DNA from: Alphaproteobacteria bacterium
GTDB lineage: Bacteria; Pseudomonadota; Alphaproteobacteria; UBA7879; UBA5542
Direction: 5' to 3'
Length of the DNA: 64,000 nt
Assembly: GCA_046317875.1 (NCBI GenBank)
Contig: JBKCVN010000022.1
Location: 18,654 to 82,653 of the forward strand
Below are positions 40,699 to 50,685 of the stretch, piece by piece; positions within the stretch are counted from its first letter, which is position 1, and each line of letters begins with the position of its first letter. The position numbers were made by a program, and so were the translations under genes. The notes below the pieces were generated by a model. The model was given only the letters and a program-made list of their open reading frames with translations. It had not been told where the DNA came from and did not search any database.

Positions 40699-43600
40699 TG
40701 ACCAGTCTTTCTTCTTTTGAATTAGTCTTAGTTGTTTTAGGGTTTGGTAGCCTCATTTTTATGCTAACCACTTACTTGTCAGGAATTGGACTTAAGGAAC
40801 AGTTTGACCGTGTTGGACTTCGAAGTCTTTCTATTGTTGAGTCCCTCAAACAAATTATCATGGGTAAACGCAAGATAAGCTCTCTTTCATTTCAATCACT
40901 GATTCATGATTTGTTTTATGGTGTCCTTAATCTGTTTAATATTTATCCTGCGGGTCCGTTCCATGACTCTCTCCGCGATGTCATTCATGCGTTAGAAGAA
41001 AAAACCGGATCTTCAAAAATTTTATATAAGTTGCCCTGGTTTATTATGGTGGGCAGTGAAGGGTCAGGAAAATCATCTGTCTTAGGGAATCTAACCCTGT
41101 CCACGCCCATACCAAGCCCTTCATTTGGCAAGCCGGACGGACACCCTCTTATACAATGGTGGTTTTATGAAAAAGGTATTGTCATCGATATCAGGGGAGA
41201 TGTATTGAGTCCCAATGTGGCCACCTCGTCCTCATGGTCTTCTTTATTAAGGGCCTTAAAAAGATACCGCCCCCATCGTCCCTTAGACGGATTAATCTTA
41301 GCCGCTCCAGCCACTTATTTTACAGGCCCAAATAAACTGGATACGCCCCAATTAATCACAGACGCAAGCAACTTATCAGACCAACTTATTAAAATAGAAA
41401 GAATTCTGGGTCTAAAAGTTCCATTGTATTTTTTGCTAACTAAATGTGATGAGGTGGCTGGGTTTCAAGGGTTTGTAAAATCCCTTCCCCTGACAACATT
41501 AGAAGAACCCTTTGGATGGTCGAATCCCTATGCAACGCATCTTAGTTTTAATCCCAACTGGATCAAAGAAGCCTTCCAACATACTTATCTTGCATTGTTC
41601 CAGGGTATGTTGCGCATTTTTGGCACAGAAACCAATGATAACCCTGAACCTGATGATATTACTATTTTCCCTGAAAGCTTTTTGCAGCTAGAAGATTCAG
41701 TTCAAACCTATTTAAATTTTATTTTTAAAGTGGGTGATTATGATGATCATTTCATTTTCAGGGGTTTATTTGTTACAGGCACCAGCGAACCGAATAGCTC
41801 GTTAAAAATTATGAGTCAGCCTTTCGTCAATGAACTCTTTAATACTAAAATTTTTGGCGAATTAGGCCTAGCTACTCCGATTAAGAAGTTTTTCTTAGTC
41901 ATGAATAAGAAAATTTCTTTTATAAGATTGTCCATTTCTGGTGCATTTTTAATGGCTCTTTATGGTCTGTATTGGACCAATGACTACCTATCAAATACCA
42001 TACAACGATTGCGTCCCCTCATAGAACAAGTCCAACAAGATATGGAAACATCCTCTATGCTGCCTTCAGCTAATGGGGATAGCCGTCCTATCACCCCCAC
42101 CAAAGGTAAAAATATTTTAAGACTTTTAGATCATGTTTATCACTATCCTTTGCGTCATATTTTAATTCCGTTTTCCTGGATAAGCCCAACCACCTATAAG
42201 TTGAATAAAGTAAGCACAAATCTTTATCATTCCCTTATTGCCAGAAATTTAGACAAGGCATTCAGGGAAAAGGCCGAATTTTTAACCCTATCGCCCATGG
42301 CGATTTTGCCTTCGACCAAAAACTATGCCTCCCCCCTAGAGACACCTGAATTTTTGTTATTAGAAGGCTATGTGAAAAGTCTGGCAGACCTAGAACGTGC
42401 CACTCTTTTCTATACGGCCTTGCCCGAAACCCAAGATCCCTTTCAAATAGCCGAAATCCTAAACTATCTTTACGGTTATCCCTTAAGTCCAGATTTCTTA
42501 AAAGAAAAACAAGCCCGAACGATTCTGATTAAGGAAGCTCCCTACGATACCTTTAAACTGGAGGGGTATCGTTTGCACGCAGAAAAAAGGCTTTATCTTT
42601 TATATGATTTATTTCTAAAGAAAGTCTTAGATCCAGATTATATCTATTCCTTGGCCGGCAAGCTGCAGGGCTCTTTACACAACATGGGTGGTCGTGAACC
42701 GATCGACCTAGAGACCCTAAAAAAAAGCATTTCCGATATTAAGGAACTGATGGAGTTTTTGACCCAGGCGGGCGGTTCCTGGCTTTTGAACCCCGATTTC
42801 AACCCCGGATCTCGCTATCAAAAAATGGTGGATCAAATTAACCATATCACCCTTTTGGGACCTGCCATTCCCAAAACTCTGTTTGAAACCTCCAACAAAA
42901 TGTATGCGAAAGCTGTACAATACTTACGAAGCTATGGATCGCCTGTGACAGGCTATTTCTTTGTAGTGTCTCCTGATACGCAAAAACTAGAACCGTCAGC
43001 TGGATTGATGAATATCGAAAAACAGCTAGATGCATTTTTACAACAGTCCTTTATGCAAAAATCATCGGGGGCATCTTTTGCCGGCAAAATTCCCTTGGGT
43101 CAATTCTTGCACTGGGATCCTCAGGGAGTCAGAAACGTACTTGCGCTGATCGAAAGTTATAAAACTTTCCTAAATACGGACTTGTTTAAGTATCCTGCAA
43201 ATTTACAAGACACCTTGCGTCAGGCAGGACTTCTGCAAACCCAACGTAATATAGACTCCATCTTAGAAGGGGCCCAAAGTTTTTATGAAGAGCCCTTGAG
43301 AGAAGGATCAGATCAAGCCGACAATGCCCGTCGAGCCCAAGCTCTTAACATGAATGATGTGGGGCCCTTATTTATTAAAATACTAAAGAACCTAAACAGC
43401 TTGGGTGGGGGACCTGTCTATAACAAATTAAAAAATCTTCTGTTCGAGCAAGTTCTGAAAACCTTAAAGAAACTTAATACTGCTTTGGACGAAGGTTCCT
43501 ATTTTCAACCTAGTGATTCTCAGTTTTCTGCCTGGAATGGGGAAGCAGGGGCTTTGTTCAAAGGCTTCAATATAACTGATGTATCCGAAATGAAAGATTA

Positions 43601-44762
43601 TTTTTCTAATCAAAGTGCCCAACTGTTGACAATGGTGATCAACAATGCAGAATCACTAATTGATTTCTTAAAAGCAGACTTATTTGATACTGACATTGAA
43701 CAAGTCAAGTTAATCAGCAAATGGCATACTTTGATAGAGCAAGCTATTGCCTATAGAAAATCCAAGACCTCAGGCTCTATGAAAACCTTACAAAAATTCA
43801 TGGAAGAAGAAGGAAACAAAATTACTTATGAAAGCTGTTTTACAGACTTAGATCCCAAAGATTTCAACCAACCGTCCAGCGATTATTTCACCCAAAAACA
43901 AAACGATTTAAAACGGGGGATTTACAAAAGATGTCGAGCTTTAGCCGCTGAAAAAGCAGCCCAACAATACAATAAAATAGAAAATACTTTTAATGGGTCA
44001 TTGGCAAATACCTTTCCCTTTACCCGACAAGTACCCAGTACTCCCCAATTAGAATCCGAGGTTTCCTGGACGTTGCTACAAGATTTTTTCAAAGAATTAG
44101 AAGAACTGAATCCCAATCTTCGTCAGTCATTAAAAGAGTCCCCTAAATATGGTTCAGGCTGGAAGAAAATAGAAACTTTTATTTCCCAAATGGATGAGGT
44201 CAAAAACTTTTTCATGACCTACTTTGCGCCACTGAAAAAAGATGATGAACCGGGGATGAGTTTTGAAATTAAGTTCCGTGATAATCGAGTCAAAGAATCT
44301 TTAGGTAATCAGGTTTCAGATTGGGCTTTCATCTTTGGAGATAAATCAATCAGTCTTCGTCAAAATGGACCAGGCGTGGGGATGGGTCGATGGACGGTTA
44401 ATAACCCTGTCTCCTTTGGATTCCAATGGGATGTATCGGCAGCGTTATGGCCTCTTGAAACATCAAATACCCCAGCTTTGGTAAAAGTCGATGATCGCTC
44501 GTTATTTGTTTATGAGGGGAGCTGGAGCTTACTCCGTGCCCTAATGATTCATGCGGCCTCCCCAAATGATGGGGCCTCACCCTCAAATAATGTCCTTTTC
44601 AAGTTTGAGATTCCATTAGGCCCTAATCCAAATGCACCAGCCACAACCCAAGCCAAACTATTTATTAAACTTGTACCTCAAAGTATTAAAGGGCAACGGG
44701 CAACATCTTTCAAAATTCCACCCTTCCCCGTGGAAGCACCTAAACTAAGAGGGGGCAGCTAA
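40683..44762 (+). CDS. tssM: Type VI secretion membrane subunit TssM/IcmF; true start may be ATG 40698
   Basis: LPWFIMVGSEGSGKSS (Walker A), QWWF, RPHRPLDG, PLYFLLTKCD..GF, FIFRGLFVTG, C-terminal GSWSLLRAL. Confidence 0.92.
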   Translation: MDTSLMTSLSSFELVLVVLGFGSLIFMLTTYLSGIGLKEQFDRVGLRSLSIVESLKQIIMGKRKISSLSFQSLIHDLFYGVLNLFNIYPAGPFHDSLRDVIHALEEKTGSSKILYKLPWFIMVGSEGSGKSSVLGNLTLSTPIPSPSFGKPDGHPLIQWWFYEKGIVIDIRGDVLSPNVATSSSWSSLLRALKRYRPHRPLDGLILAAPATYFTGPNKLDTPQLITDASNLSDQLIKIERILGLKVPLYFLLTKCDEVAGFQGFVKSLPLTTLEEPFGWSNPYATHLSFNPNWIKEAFQHTYLALFQGMLRIFGTETNDNPEPDDITIFPESFLQLEDSVQTYLNFIFKVGDYDDHFIFRGLFVTGTSEPNSSLKIMSQPFVNELFNTKIFGELGLATPIKKFFLVMNKKISFIRLSISGAFLMALYGLYWTNDYLSNTIQRLRPLIEQVQQDMETSSMLPSANGDSRPITPTKGKNILRLLDHVYHYPLRHILIPFSWISPTTYKLNKVSTNLYHSLIARNLDKAFREKAEFLTLSPMAILPSTKNYASPLETPEFLLLEGYVKSLADLERATLFYTALPETQDPFQIAEILNYLYGYPLSPDFLKEKQARTILIKEAPYDTFKLEGYRLHAEKRLYLLYDLFLKKVLDPDYIYSLAGKLQGSLHNMGGREPIDLETLKKSISDIKELMEFLTQAGGSWLLNPDFNPGSRYQKMVDQINHITLLGPAIPKTLFETSNKMYAKAVQYLRSYGSPVTGYFFVVSPDTQKLEPSAGLMNIEKQLDAFLQQSFMQKSSGASFAGKIPLGQFLHWDPQGVRNVLALIESYKTFLNTDLFKYPANLQDTLRQAGLLQTQRNIDSILEGAQSFYEEPLREGSDQADNARRAQALNMNDVGPLFIKILKNLNSLGGGPVYNKLKNLLFEQVLKTLKKLNTALDEGSYFQPSDSQFSAWNGEAGALFKGFNITDVSEMKDYFSNQSAQLLTMVINNAESLIDFLKADLFDTDIEQVKLISKWHTLIEQAIAYRKSKTSGSMKTLQKFMEEEGNKITYESCFTDLDPKDFNQPSSDYFTQKQNDLKRGIYKRCRALAAEKAAQQYNKIENTFNGSLANTFPFTRQVPSTPQLESEVSWTLLQDFFKELEELNPNLRQSLKESPKYGSGWKKIETFISQMDEVKNFFMTYFAPLKKDDEPGMSFEIKFRDNRVKESLGNQVSDWAFIFGDKSISLRQNGPGVGMGRWTVNNPVSFGFQWDVSAALWPLETSNTPALVKVDDRSLFVYEGSWSLLRALMIHAASPNDGASPSNNVLFKFEIPLGPNPNAPATTQAKLFIKLVPQSIKGQRATSFKIPPFPVEAPKLRGGS

Positions 44763-44772
44763 GGAGACCTTC

Positions 44773-45879
44773 ATGCCCTTATATGAAAATTTAGATCTCC
44801 TTTTACAAGATATTCCAGGCCCTCTGCCCCAGGGGCAAGATCTTAAATACAGTTCTGAATACGACCAAATCAAGGAAGCCTCGCGGGAAGATATGGATTT
44901 ACCCCAGGGCGTTTGGGTTCAAGATCTGAAATCGGCAAATTGGGAAGATGTGGAAAAAATTTGTATAGAGGTATTACAAAAAAAATCTAAAGATCTTCAG
45001 GTTGCCAGCTGGCTGATCGAAGCATGGATTGACCTGTACAATATGGAAGGGCTAACCCAGGGTTTAAACTTATTATTACAACTTTCTGAAAAATATTGGG
45101 ATACAGCTTTCCCAACTTTGAATCCTAAAGACTCCGAATTTCGATGCGCCCCTTATAACTGGATTAATGAAAAGTTATCCACACGCTTCAGCAAAGTAGA
45201 AGTGACATCCCCTGATAGCAAAGATCTTTTTACCTATTCCTATGCCACGTATGTTGATCTTCAAAAGGATGGCGGTGTATCAATTACGGGCTCCCCCGAT
45301 GAAGAAAGTCCTGTCGAGAAACGAGAAGGGTTTGAAAAAAGTTTAAACCACACGCCCGATGATTTTTTCAAGCAACTCAACACCAATGGACAACAAGCCC
45401 TAGAGTATCTAAAAAAGATTCAAACTTTTTTGGATAGTAAGCTAGTTGAAAATAGCCCCTCTCTTTATCATGCTATGGAAAAAATAGAAGAGATTATAGC
45501 GTTTGGAAATCAAGTATTAGCCAGCCGAATAACAACAAAAGAGGCCGCTGCAGCAACTGAGGTAACCTCCACTGATCCCTTGAACAGCCCTGAACATTCT
45601 GATCAAACTCACACTAAAGGGGCAAGTATTAATAGCCGAAATGAGGCCTATGATCTTATTAACAAAGCAGCAGATTATTTAGAAAAACTGGACCCCCAAA
45701 GCCCTTCCCCCTATCTATTAAGAAGAGCCATTCGATGGGGACAATTAAATCTGAAAGATTTATTACAAGAAATGATTCGAGACCCAGGATCCTTAGAAGA
45801 TTTGAAACATCTTTTGGGCATGACCGCAGAGGAAATAGCTGCAGCCGAAGGATCTTCTGCGGATATTCAACAATCCTAG
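44773..45879 (+). CDS. tssA: Type VI secretion TssA (ImpA_N domain, short type)
   Basis: LLQDIPG..PQGQDLKY, ANWEDV, SKDLQVASW, YW...FP, C-terminal SRNEAY....AA.YL...DPQSP.PYL.RRAIRW. Confidence 0.92.
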   Translation: MPLYENLDLLLQDIPGPLPQGQDLKYSSEYDQIKEASREDMDLPQGVWVQDLKSANWEDVEKICIEVLQKKSKDLQVASWLIEAWIDLYNMEGLTQGLNLLLQLSEKYWDTAFPTLNPKDSEFRCAPYNWINEKLSTRFSKVEVTSPDSKDLFTYSYATYVDLQKDGGVSITGSPDEESPVEKREGFEKSLNHTPDDFFKQLNTNGQQALEYLKKIQTFLDSKLVENSPSLYHAMEKIEEIIAFGNQVLASRITTKEAAAATEVTSTDPLNSPEHSDQTHTKGASINSRNEAYDLINKAADYLEKLDPQSPSPYLLRRAIRWGQLNLKDLLQEMIRDPGSLEDLKHLLGMTAEEIAAAEGSSADIQQS

Positions 45880-45937
45880 TTGCGCTTAAACAGTGATCGT
45901 CGTATGGTTATTTGCATATAACCAACCGTAGGTAAAA

Positions 45938-47050
45938 ATGAGTTTGATTTTAAAATTTCTGTCTTTTTTTTTCTGTATCTTTTTTTCTGCTGATGGTCTC
46001 ACTTCTGCCCCCGCACGTACCGAAAAGAAAGTGGTTTACGTGTATTATTGGGCAGACACCATCGCTGATGAAACCATAGAACAGTTTGAAAAAGAAACAG
46101 GTATTAAGGTTGTTCGATCGTATTATGACAGTGATGAAATCTTAGAAACAAAACTACTTACTAAAAGCTCTCTTTATGATGTTGTCATGCCTTCTGCCAT
46201 GCCCTATTATGGCCGTCAAGTCGAGTTAGAACTTTATCTACCTCTTGATCGCACACTCCTCCCTAATTGGAAATATTTAGATCCCCAAATTTTAAAATTA
46301 TTAGAAGCCGTTGATCCTGGAAACAAGTATGGCATCCCGTATAGCTGGGGTACAACGGGCTTTGCCTATAATCCTGCTATTATGGAAAAATTCTTTCCTC
46401 ATATTAAACTAGATACTTATCAAGTTATTCTCGACCCAACAATCATGGAAAAATTAGGCAGGTATGGGGTGGGGCTTTTAGATCAACCCCAAGATCTATT
46501 AGAGGCTTTTCTAGCCTACTTAAAGATTGTACCTAACTATGGTGACCTTACCCAAATAGATACCGTTAAATCCCTTTTGAAAAAAATACGTCCTTATATT
46601 AAATTTTTCACTTCAAATTCGGAAAAAATGGTAAGCAGCTTGGTGAATGGGGAAGCCGCCTTTGTACAGATGTGGTCAGGCGAAGCTTTAAGGGCTCAAA
46701 AATTGGCAAAAGAAGTTGGAAAAGAAATTAAGTTTGTGATTCCCAAAGAACATGCGGGTGCATGGTGTGACCTGATGGCTATTCCCAGAAATGCACCCCA
46801 CCCCCATAGTGCCCACAGGTTTATTAATTTTATGATGCGCCCAGAAATTGCAGCTAAAAATATGAAAAATACATTAATGACCATCGCCAATGCAAAAGTT
46901 AAAGACTTTTTACCATCTTCTATGAAAAATAACCCGATTGTTTTTCCACCTAAAGAAGTACTAGACCATCTAAAATTAAACGAGAAACTGCCCCTTCCTT
47001 ATGAACGAAAAACCATTCGTATGTGGGCCCATGTTAAAGCAAAACAGTAA
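45938..47050 (+). CDS. potF: Polyamine ABC transporter substrate-binding protein
   Basis: VYYWAD.I, FEKETGIKV, YDVVMPS, DPGNKYGIPYSWGTTG, WSGE, IPKE, FINFMMRPEIAA. Confidence 0.92.
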   Translation: MSLILKFLSFFFCIFFSADGLTSAPARTEKKVVYVYYWADTIADETIEQFEKETGIKVVRSYYDSDEILETKLLTKSSLYDVVMPSAMPYYGRQVELELYLPLDRTLLPNWKYLDPQILKLLEAVDPGNKYGIPYSWGTTGFAYNPAIMEKFFPHIKLDTYQVILDPTIMEKLGRYGVGLLDQPQDLLEAFLAYLKIVPNYGDLTQIDTVKSLLKKIRPYIKFFTSNSEKMVSSLVNGEAAFVQMWSGEALRAQKLAKEVGKEIKFVIPKEHAGAWCDLMAIPRNAPHPHSAHRFINFMMRPEIAAKNMKNTLMTIANAKVKDFLPSSMKNNPIVFPPKEVLDHLKLNEKLPLPYERKTIRMWAHVKAKQ

Positions 47051-47063
47051 AGGATAAGATCAC

Positions 47064-47531
47064 GTGTTTAAATTTTTATTTCCCAGTTTAATAATATTTT
47101 TTTTGGTTGGATGCAGTTCCTTTAAGGAAAAAATGGGACTAACCCATTATAGCCCCAATGAGTTCGAAACCGTTCAATATGACCCTTTAGAAATCCCAAA
47201 ATCATTAGCACTTATCAACCCAAAAGATGGTTTTTACAAACCAAGATCAACCCCATCATCTAAAGCCCAATCATTGCTCTTATCGCCTACCAAGATGCCT
47301 ATTAAAAAAGATGACCACAAATCTGAATCTGTCTTATTAGATAAAATTAATGCGAATGAACGTGATCCTTATATTCGGCGCACCCTAAACCAGGAAGCCG
47401 GTGCCGAGCCTTCTCTTCAAGACAAGATACAGAATACATTAGTCTTTTGGAAGAAACCTAAAAAAGGAGATGTAATCGACCCAGAGGCTGAAAAAAAGAA
47501 ATTGGCACAACTGAATGCTGAGGATAAATAG
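47064..47531 (+). CDS. DUF3035 family lipoprotein
   Basis: Lipobox LVGC; SPNEFETV...PLEIP motif; FW..P..G.VIDP.AE..KL tail, as in alphaproteobacterial DUF3035 proteins. Confidence 0.75.
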   Translation: MFKFLFPSLIIFFLVGCSSFKEKMGLTHYSPNEFETVQYDPLEIPKSLALINPKDGFYKPRSTPSSKAQSLLLSPTKMPIKKDDHKSESVLLDKINANERDPYIRRTLNQEAGAEPSLQDKIQNTLVFWKKPKKGDVIDPEAEKKKLAQLNAEDK

Positions 47532-47532
47532 A

Positions 47533-48834
47533 ATGTATTTTCATCAAGATATTAAAGGTTGTTTGTTTGATTTAATCCAAAAAGAGGGACTGAAGGAAGG
47601 TTTTATAAAAGAATCGTTGCCAAAGCTAAAAAAAGCCTTAAAAGATCTTCAAACGGCTTATGAAAAAAATACCCTTCCTGTCTTAAGGCTGCCCTATCTT
47701 ACGGATGATATTATGTCTTTGAAAGATTTGGCTCTGAAAATACAAGATGATTTTACAGATACCGTTATTTTGGGCACAGGGGGGTCTAGCTTGGGCGGAC
47801 AAGCTTTTTATGCTCTGGCGCCCAATAAAGGACATCGCCTTCATTTTATAGACAACATCGACCCACAAACTTTTGATTCAATCTTTAAAGATCTAAACCT
47901 AAAAAGCACATTCTTTATTGTGATTTCAAAATCAGGGAATACAGCCGAAACCCTGGTTCAATTTCAGCTCGCTCTTCAAAGTGTAAGCCAGGTTCTAAGT
48001 GTTGATTCTATTAAAGATCATTTTCTAGTCATTGCAGAACCCAAACCATCTTCCATCACAAAGATTGCCGATTTTTATCAAATCCCTTTATTAGATCATG
48101 ATCCCCATGTTGGGGGCCGCTTTTCCGCTCTTTCACTGGTGGGCCTTTTGCCAGCCATGATTGCAGGCCTGGATCCTGTTTTAATACGGCAAGGGGCCGC
48201 CCGTGTCATAGACCGACTGCTGGCCCTGGGAGATCCCTCGACCTTCGCTCCAGCTATGGGGGCGGCTCTTTCTTATGAACTTCAGAAAAAAGGTAAGACC
48301 ATTTCCATTCTTATGCCTTATATAGATAATCTCTATAAGTTCAGCTTATGGTATCGTCAGTTATGGGCCGAAAGTCTGGGAAAAAAAGGCCATGGCACCA
48401 CTCCGGTGAATGGCCTAGGAGCCGTCGACCAACATAGCCAACTTCAGCTTTATTTAGATGGTCCCAAAGATAAATTTTATACCATTATTGTGGCCTCTAT
48501 GGAAAATCAGGGGGACATGATCTCTGATCAATTCTCAAAAATTTGTCCCTCTCTTGCCTGTTTCAAAGGATGCACCATGGGGGATCTTATGGAGGCAGAA
48601 CAAAGAGCCACCATAGATACCCTTATTAAAAACAAACGTCCCACACGTGTTATCGAAATCCCCACCCTTTCCCCTGATTTTATGGGCATGTTGATGATGC
48701 ATTTTATTTTAGAAACTATTTTCATGGCCCACTTATACGATGTTGATCCCTTTGATCAGCCCGCCGTCGAAGAAGGCAAAATATTGGCCAAGGAATATTT
48801 AGAAAAAATTCTAAAAGCACGATTGGATCGTTAA
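47533..48834 (+). CDS. pgi: Glucose-6-phosphate isomerase; ORF track start is 47515
   Basis: LGTGGSSLG, ISKSGNTAET, VGGRFSALS, QLWAESLGK, DQHSQLQLY, PFDQPAVEEGK. Confidence 0.96.
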   Translation: MYFHQDIKGCLFDLIQKEGLKEGFIKESLPKLKKALKDLQTAYEKNTLPVLRLPYLTDDIMSLKDLALKIQDDFTDTVILGTGGSSLGGQAFYALAPNKGHRLHFIDNIDPQTFDSIFKDLNLKSTFFIVISKSGNTAETLVQFQLALQSVSQVLSVDSIKDHFLVIAEPKPSSITKIADFYQIPLLDHDPHVGGRFSALSLVGLLPAMIAGLDPVLIRQGAARVIDRLLALGDPSTFAPAMGAALSYELQKKGKTISILMPYIDNLYKFSLWYRQLWAESLGKKGHGTTPVNGLGAVDQHSQLQLYLDGPKDKFYTIIVASMENQGDMISDQFSKICPSLACFKGCTMGDLMEAEQRATIDTLIKNKRPTRVIEIPTLSPDFMGMLMMHFILETIFMAHLYDVDPFDQPAVEEGKILAKEYLEKILKARLDR

Positions 48835-50663
48835 TGTCTTTTATTCAAAAACTTCCTTCTAATCTTATCAATCAAATCGCGGCGGGTGAGGTGATTGAAC
48901 GCCCTGCATCAGTGGTTAAAGAATTAGCCGAAAATGCCCTTGATGCGGGGGCTACAGAAATTGATATTGTATTAAGAGATGGCGGAAAAACTTATATTTC
49001 TGTAACAGACAATGGCCAAGGGATGGGGTTAGAAGATCTCAAACTATCCATTGAACGTCATGCTACGTCAAAACTTAGTCATCAAGATTTATTCAATATT
49101 TCCACTCTGGGGTTCAGGGGGGAGGCTTTACCCTCTATTGGGGCAGTCAGCCGTTTAAAAATCACCACACGCACTAAAGACAGCCCAGAAGGGTGGTCTT
49201 TATCCCTAGAGGGGGGATCGGTTCAAGACTGTCTACCAGCCGCCTCTGCTCCAGGCACCAAAATTGAGGTGCGTGATTTATTCTTTGCGGTACCTGCCCG
49301 CCTGAAGTTTTTAAAAACGAATACCATTGAAACACAGCACGTTGTGGACTTTGTTCAGCGTTTAGCACTTGCCTATCCCCAAAGAAAATTTTCTGTAACG
49401 GCGGATCAAAAAAGTATTTTTTCATACAGTCCCCAAGACCATTCTAGCGAAGGGCTTTTAAAACGTGTGACCCAAGTTATGGGTTCAAAATTTGAAAACG
49501 ATGCCCTATCTATTGATTCAAATCGAGATGGGTTTTCCCTATCAGGATTCATCAGTCTTCCCACCTTAAACAGAAGTAATGCCCAGCTCCAGTTTTTCTT
49601 TGTGAATGGAAGACCCATCCGAGATAAACTTTTTTCGGCCGCCATTCGCGTGGCCTATCAAGATTTCCTGGCCCATGATCGGCACCCTTTGGTCTGTCTC
49701 TATTTGAATGCCCCTGCCCGATCAGTGGATGTCAACGTCCACCCTGCCAAAACAGAAGTTCGTTTTGAAGACAATCAATTTATTCGCAGTTTTTTAATTG
49801 GCAGTTTAAAACAATCCCTTTCGGGCATGCAGCATCGTTCTGCCTCAAGTGTTGCCCACGACATTTTAACATCTTTCCAACCCAAAGAATCTTTGCAGCA
49901 GATGAACTTGGGAGGCCCCAGCGGTCAAAGAAGCCCTGCCTCCTATACCCCTTCTTCAGCACCAGTTTTTTCACCTTATAAAAAACCACCTACTTTCTCT
50001 GAAGGTCAGATCCCTGCCTCGTTATATGAAAACCAAGCTATTCAGGTTTCAGAAAAGGAAGAGACGCAGAGGCAGGATATGGAACAGTTTCCTTTAGGAG
50101 CTGCTTGCACCCAGGTTCATGAAAATTATATTGTGGCTCAAACAAAAGATGGTTTGGTTATTGTGGATCAACATGCCGCCCATGAAAGAATTCTATATGA
50201 GAAACTAAAACAACAGGTCACCGAGCATGCTGTAAGAAGCCAAATCTTGCTGATCCCAGAAGTCATTGAGCTTCCCAAAAAAGAACATGAAGCCCTTATT
50301 AAAAATCATGAATCTTTAACAGAATTTGGGATCGTCCTTGAATCGTTTGGCGAAAATAGTGTGCTGGTCCGCGAAGTTCCCACCCTGTTAGTAAAATCCA
50401 ACATCAGCCAACTTATTAGGGATTTAGCAGAACAATTATGTGCAGACGAACATCTGGTTCTTCAAAAAAAGATAAATGAAGTTTGTTCCTCGCTCGCCTG
50501 CCATGGAAGTGTCCGATCGGGTCGACGATTATCGGTATCAGAGATGAACGATTTGCTACGCCAAATGGAAAATACCCCCTATTCGGGACAATGTAATCAT
50601 GGGCGTCCCACCCATGTGGAATTAAAATTAAAGGATATTGAAAAACTTTTTGGTCGACGCTAG
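48834..50663 (+). CDS. mutL: DNA mismatch repair protein MutL
   Basis: NQIAAGEVIERPASVVKEL, GFRGEAL, DVNVHPAK, DQHAAHERI, CNHGRP. Confidence 0.98.
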   Translation: MSFIQKLPSNLINQIAAGEVIERPASVVKELAENALDAGATEIDIVLRDGGKTYISVTDNGQGMGLEDLKLSIERHATSKLSHQDLFNISTLGFRGEALPSIGAVSRLKITTRTKDSPEGWSLSLEGGSVQDCLPAASAPGTKIEVRDLFFAVPARLKFLKTNTIETQHVVDFVQRLALAYPQRKFSVTADQKSIFSYSPQDHSSEGLLKRVTQVMGSKFENDALSIDSNRDGFSLSGFISLPTLNRSNAQLQFFFVNGRPIRDKLFSAAIRVAYQDFLAHDRHPLVCLYLNAPARSVDVNVHPAKTEVRFEDNQFIRSFLIGSLKQSLSGMQHRSASSVAHDILTSFQPKESLQQMNLGGPSGQRSPASYTPSSAPVFSPYKKPPTFSEGQIPASLYENQAIQVSEKEETQRQDMEQFPLGAACTQVHENYIVAQTKDGLVIVDQHAAHERILYEKLKQQVTEHAVRSQILLIPEVIELPKKEHEALIKNHESLTEFGIVLESFGENSVLVREVPTLLVKSNISQLIRDLAEQLCADEHLVLQKKINEVCSSLACHGSVRSGRRLSVSEMNDLLRQMENTPYSGQCNHGRPTHVELKLKDIEKLFGRR

Positions 50664-50685
50664 GGGTTGCTGATAGACTATTGAT

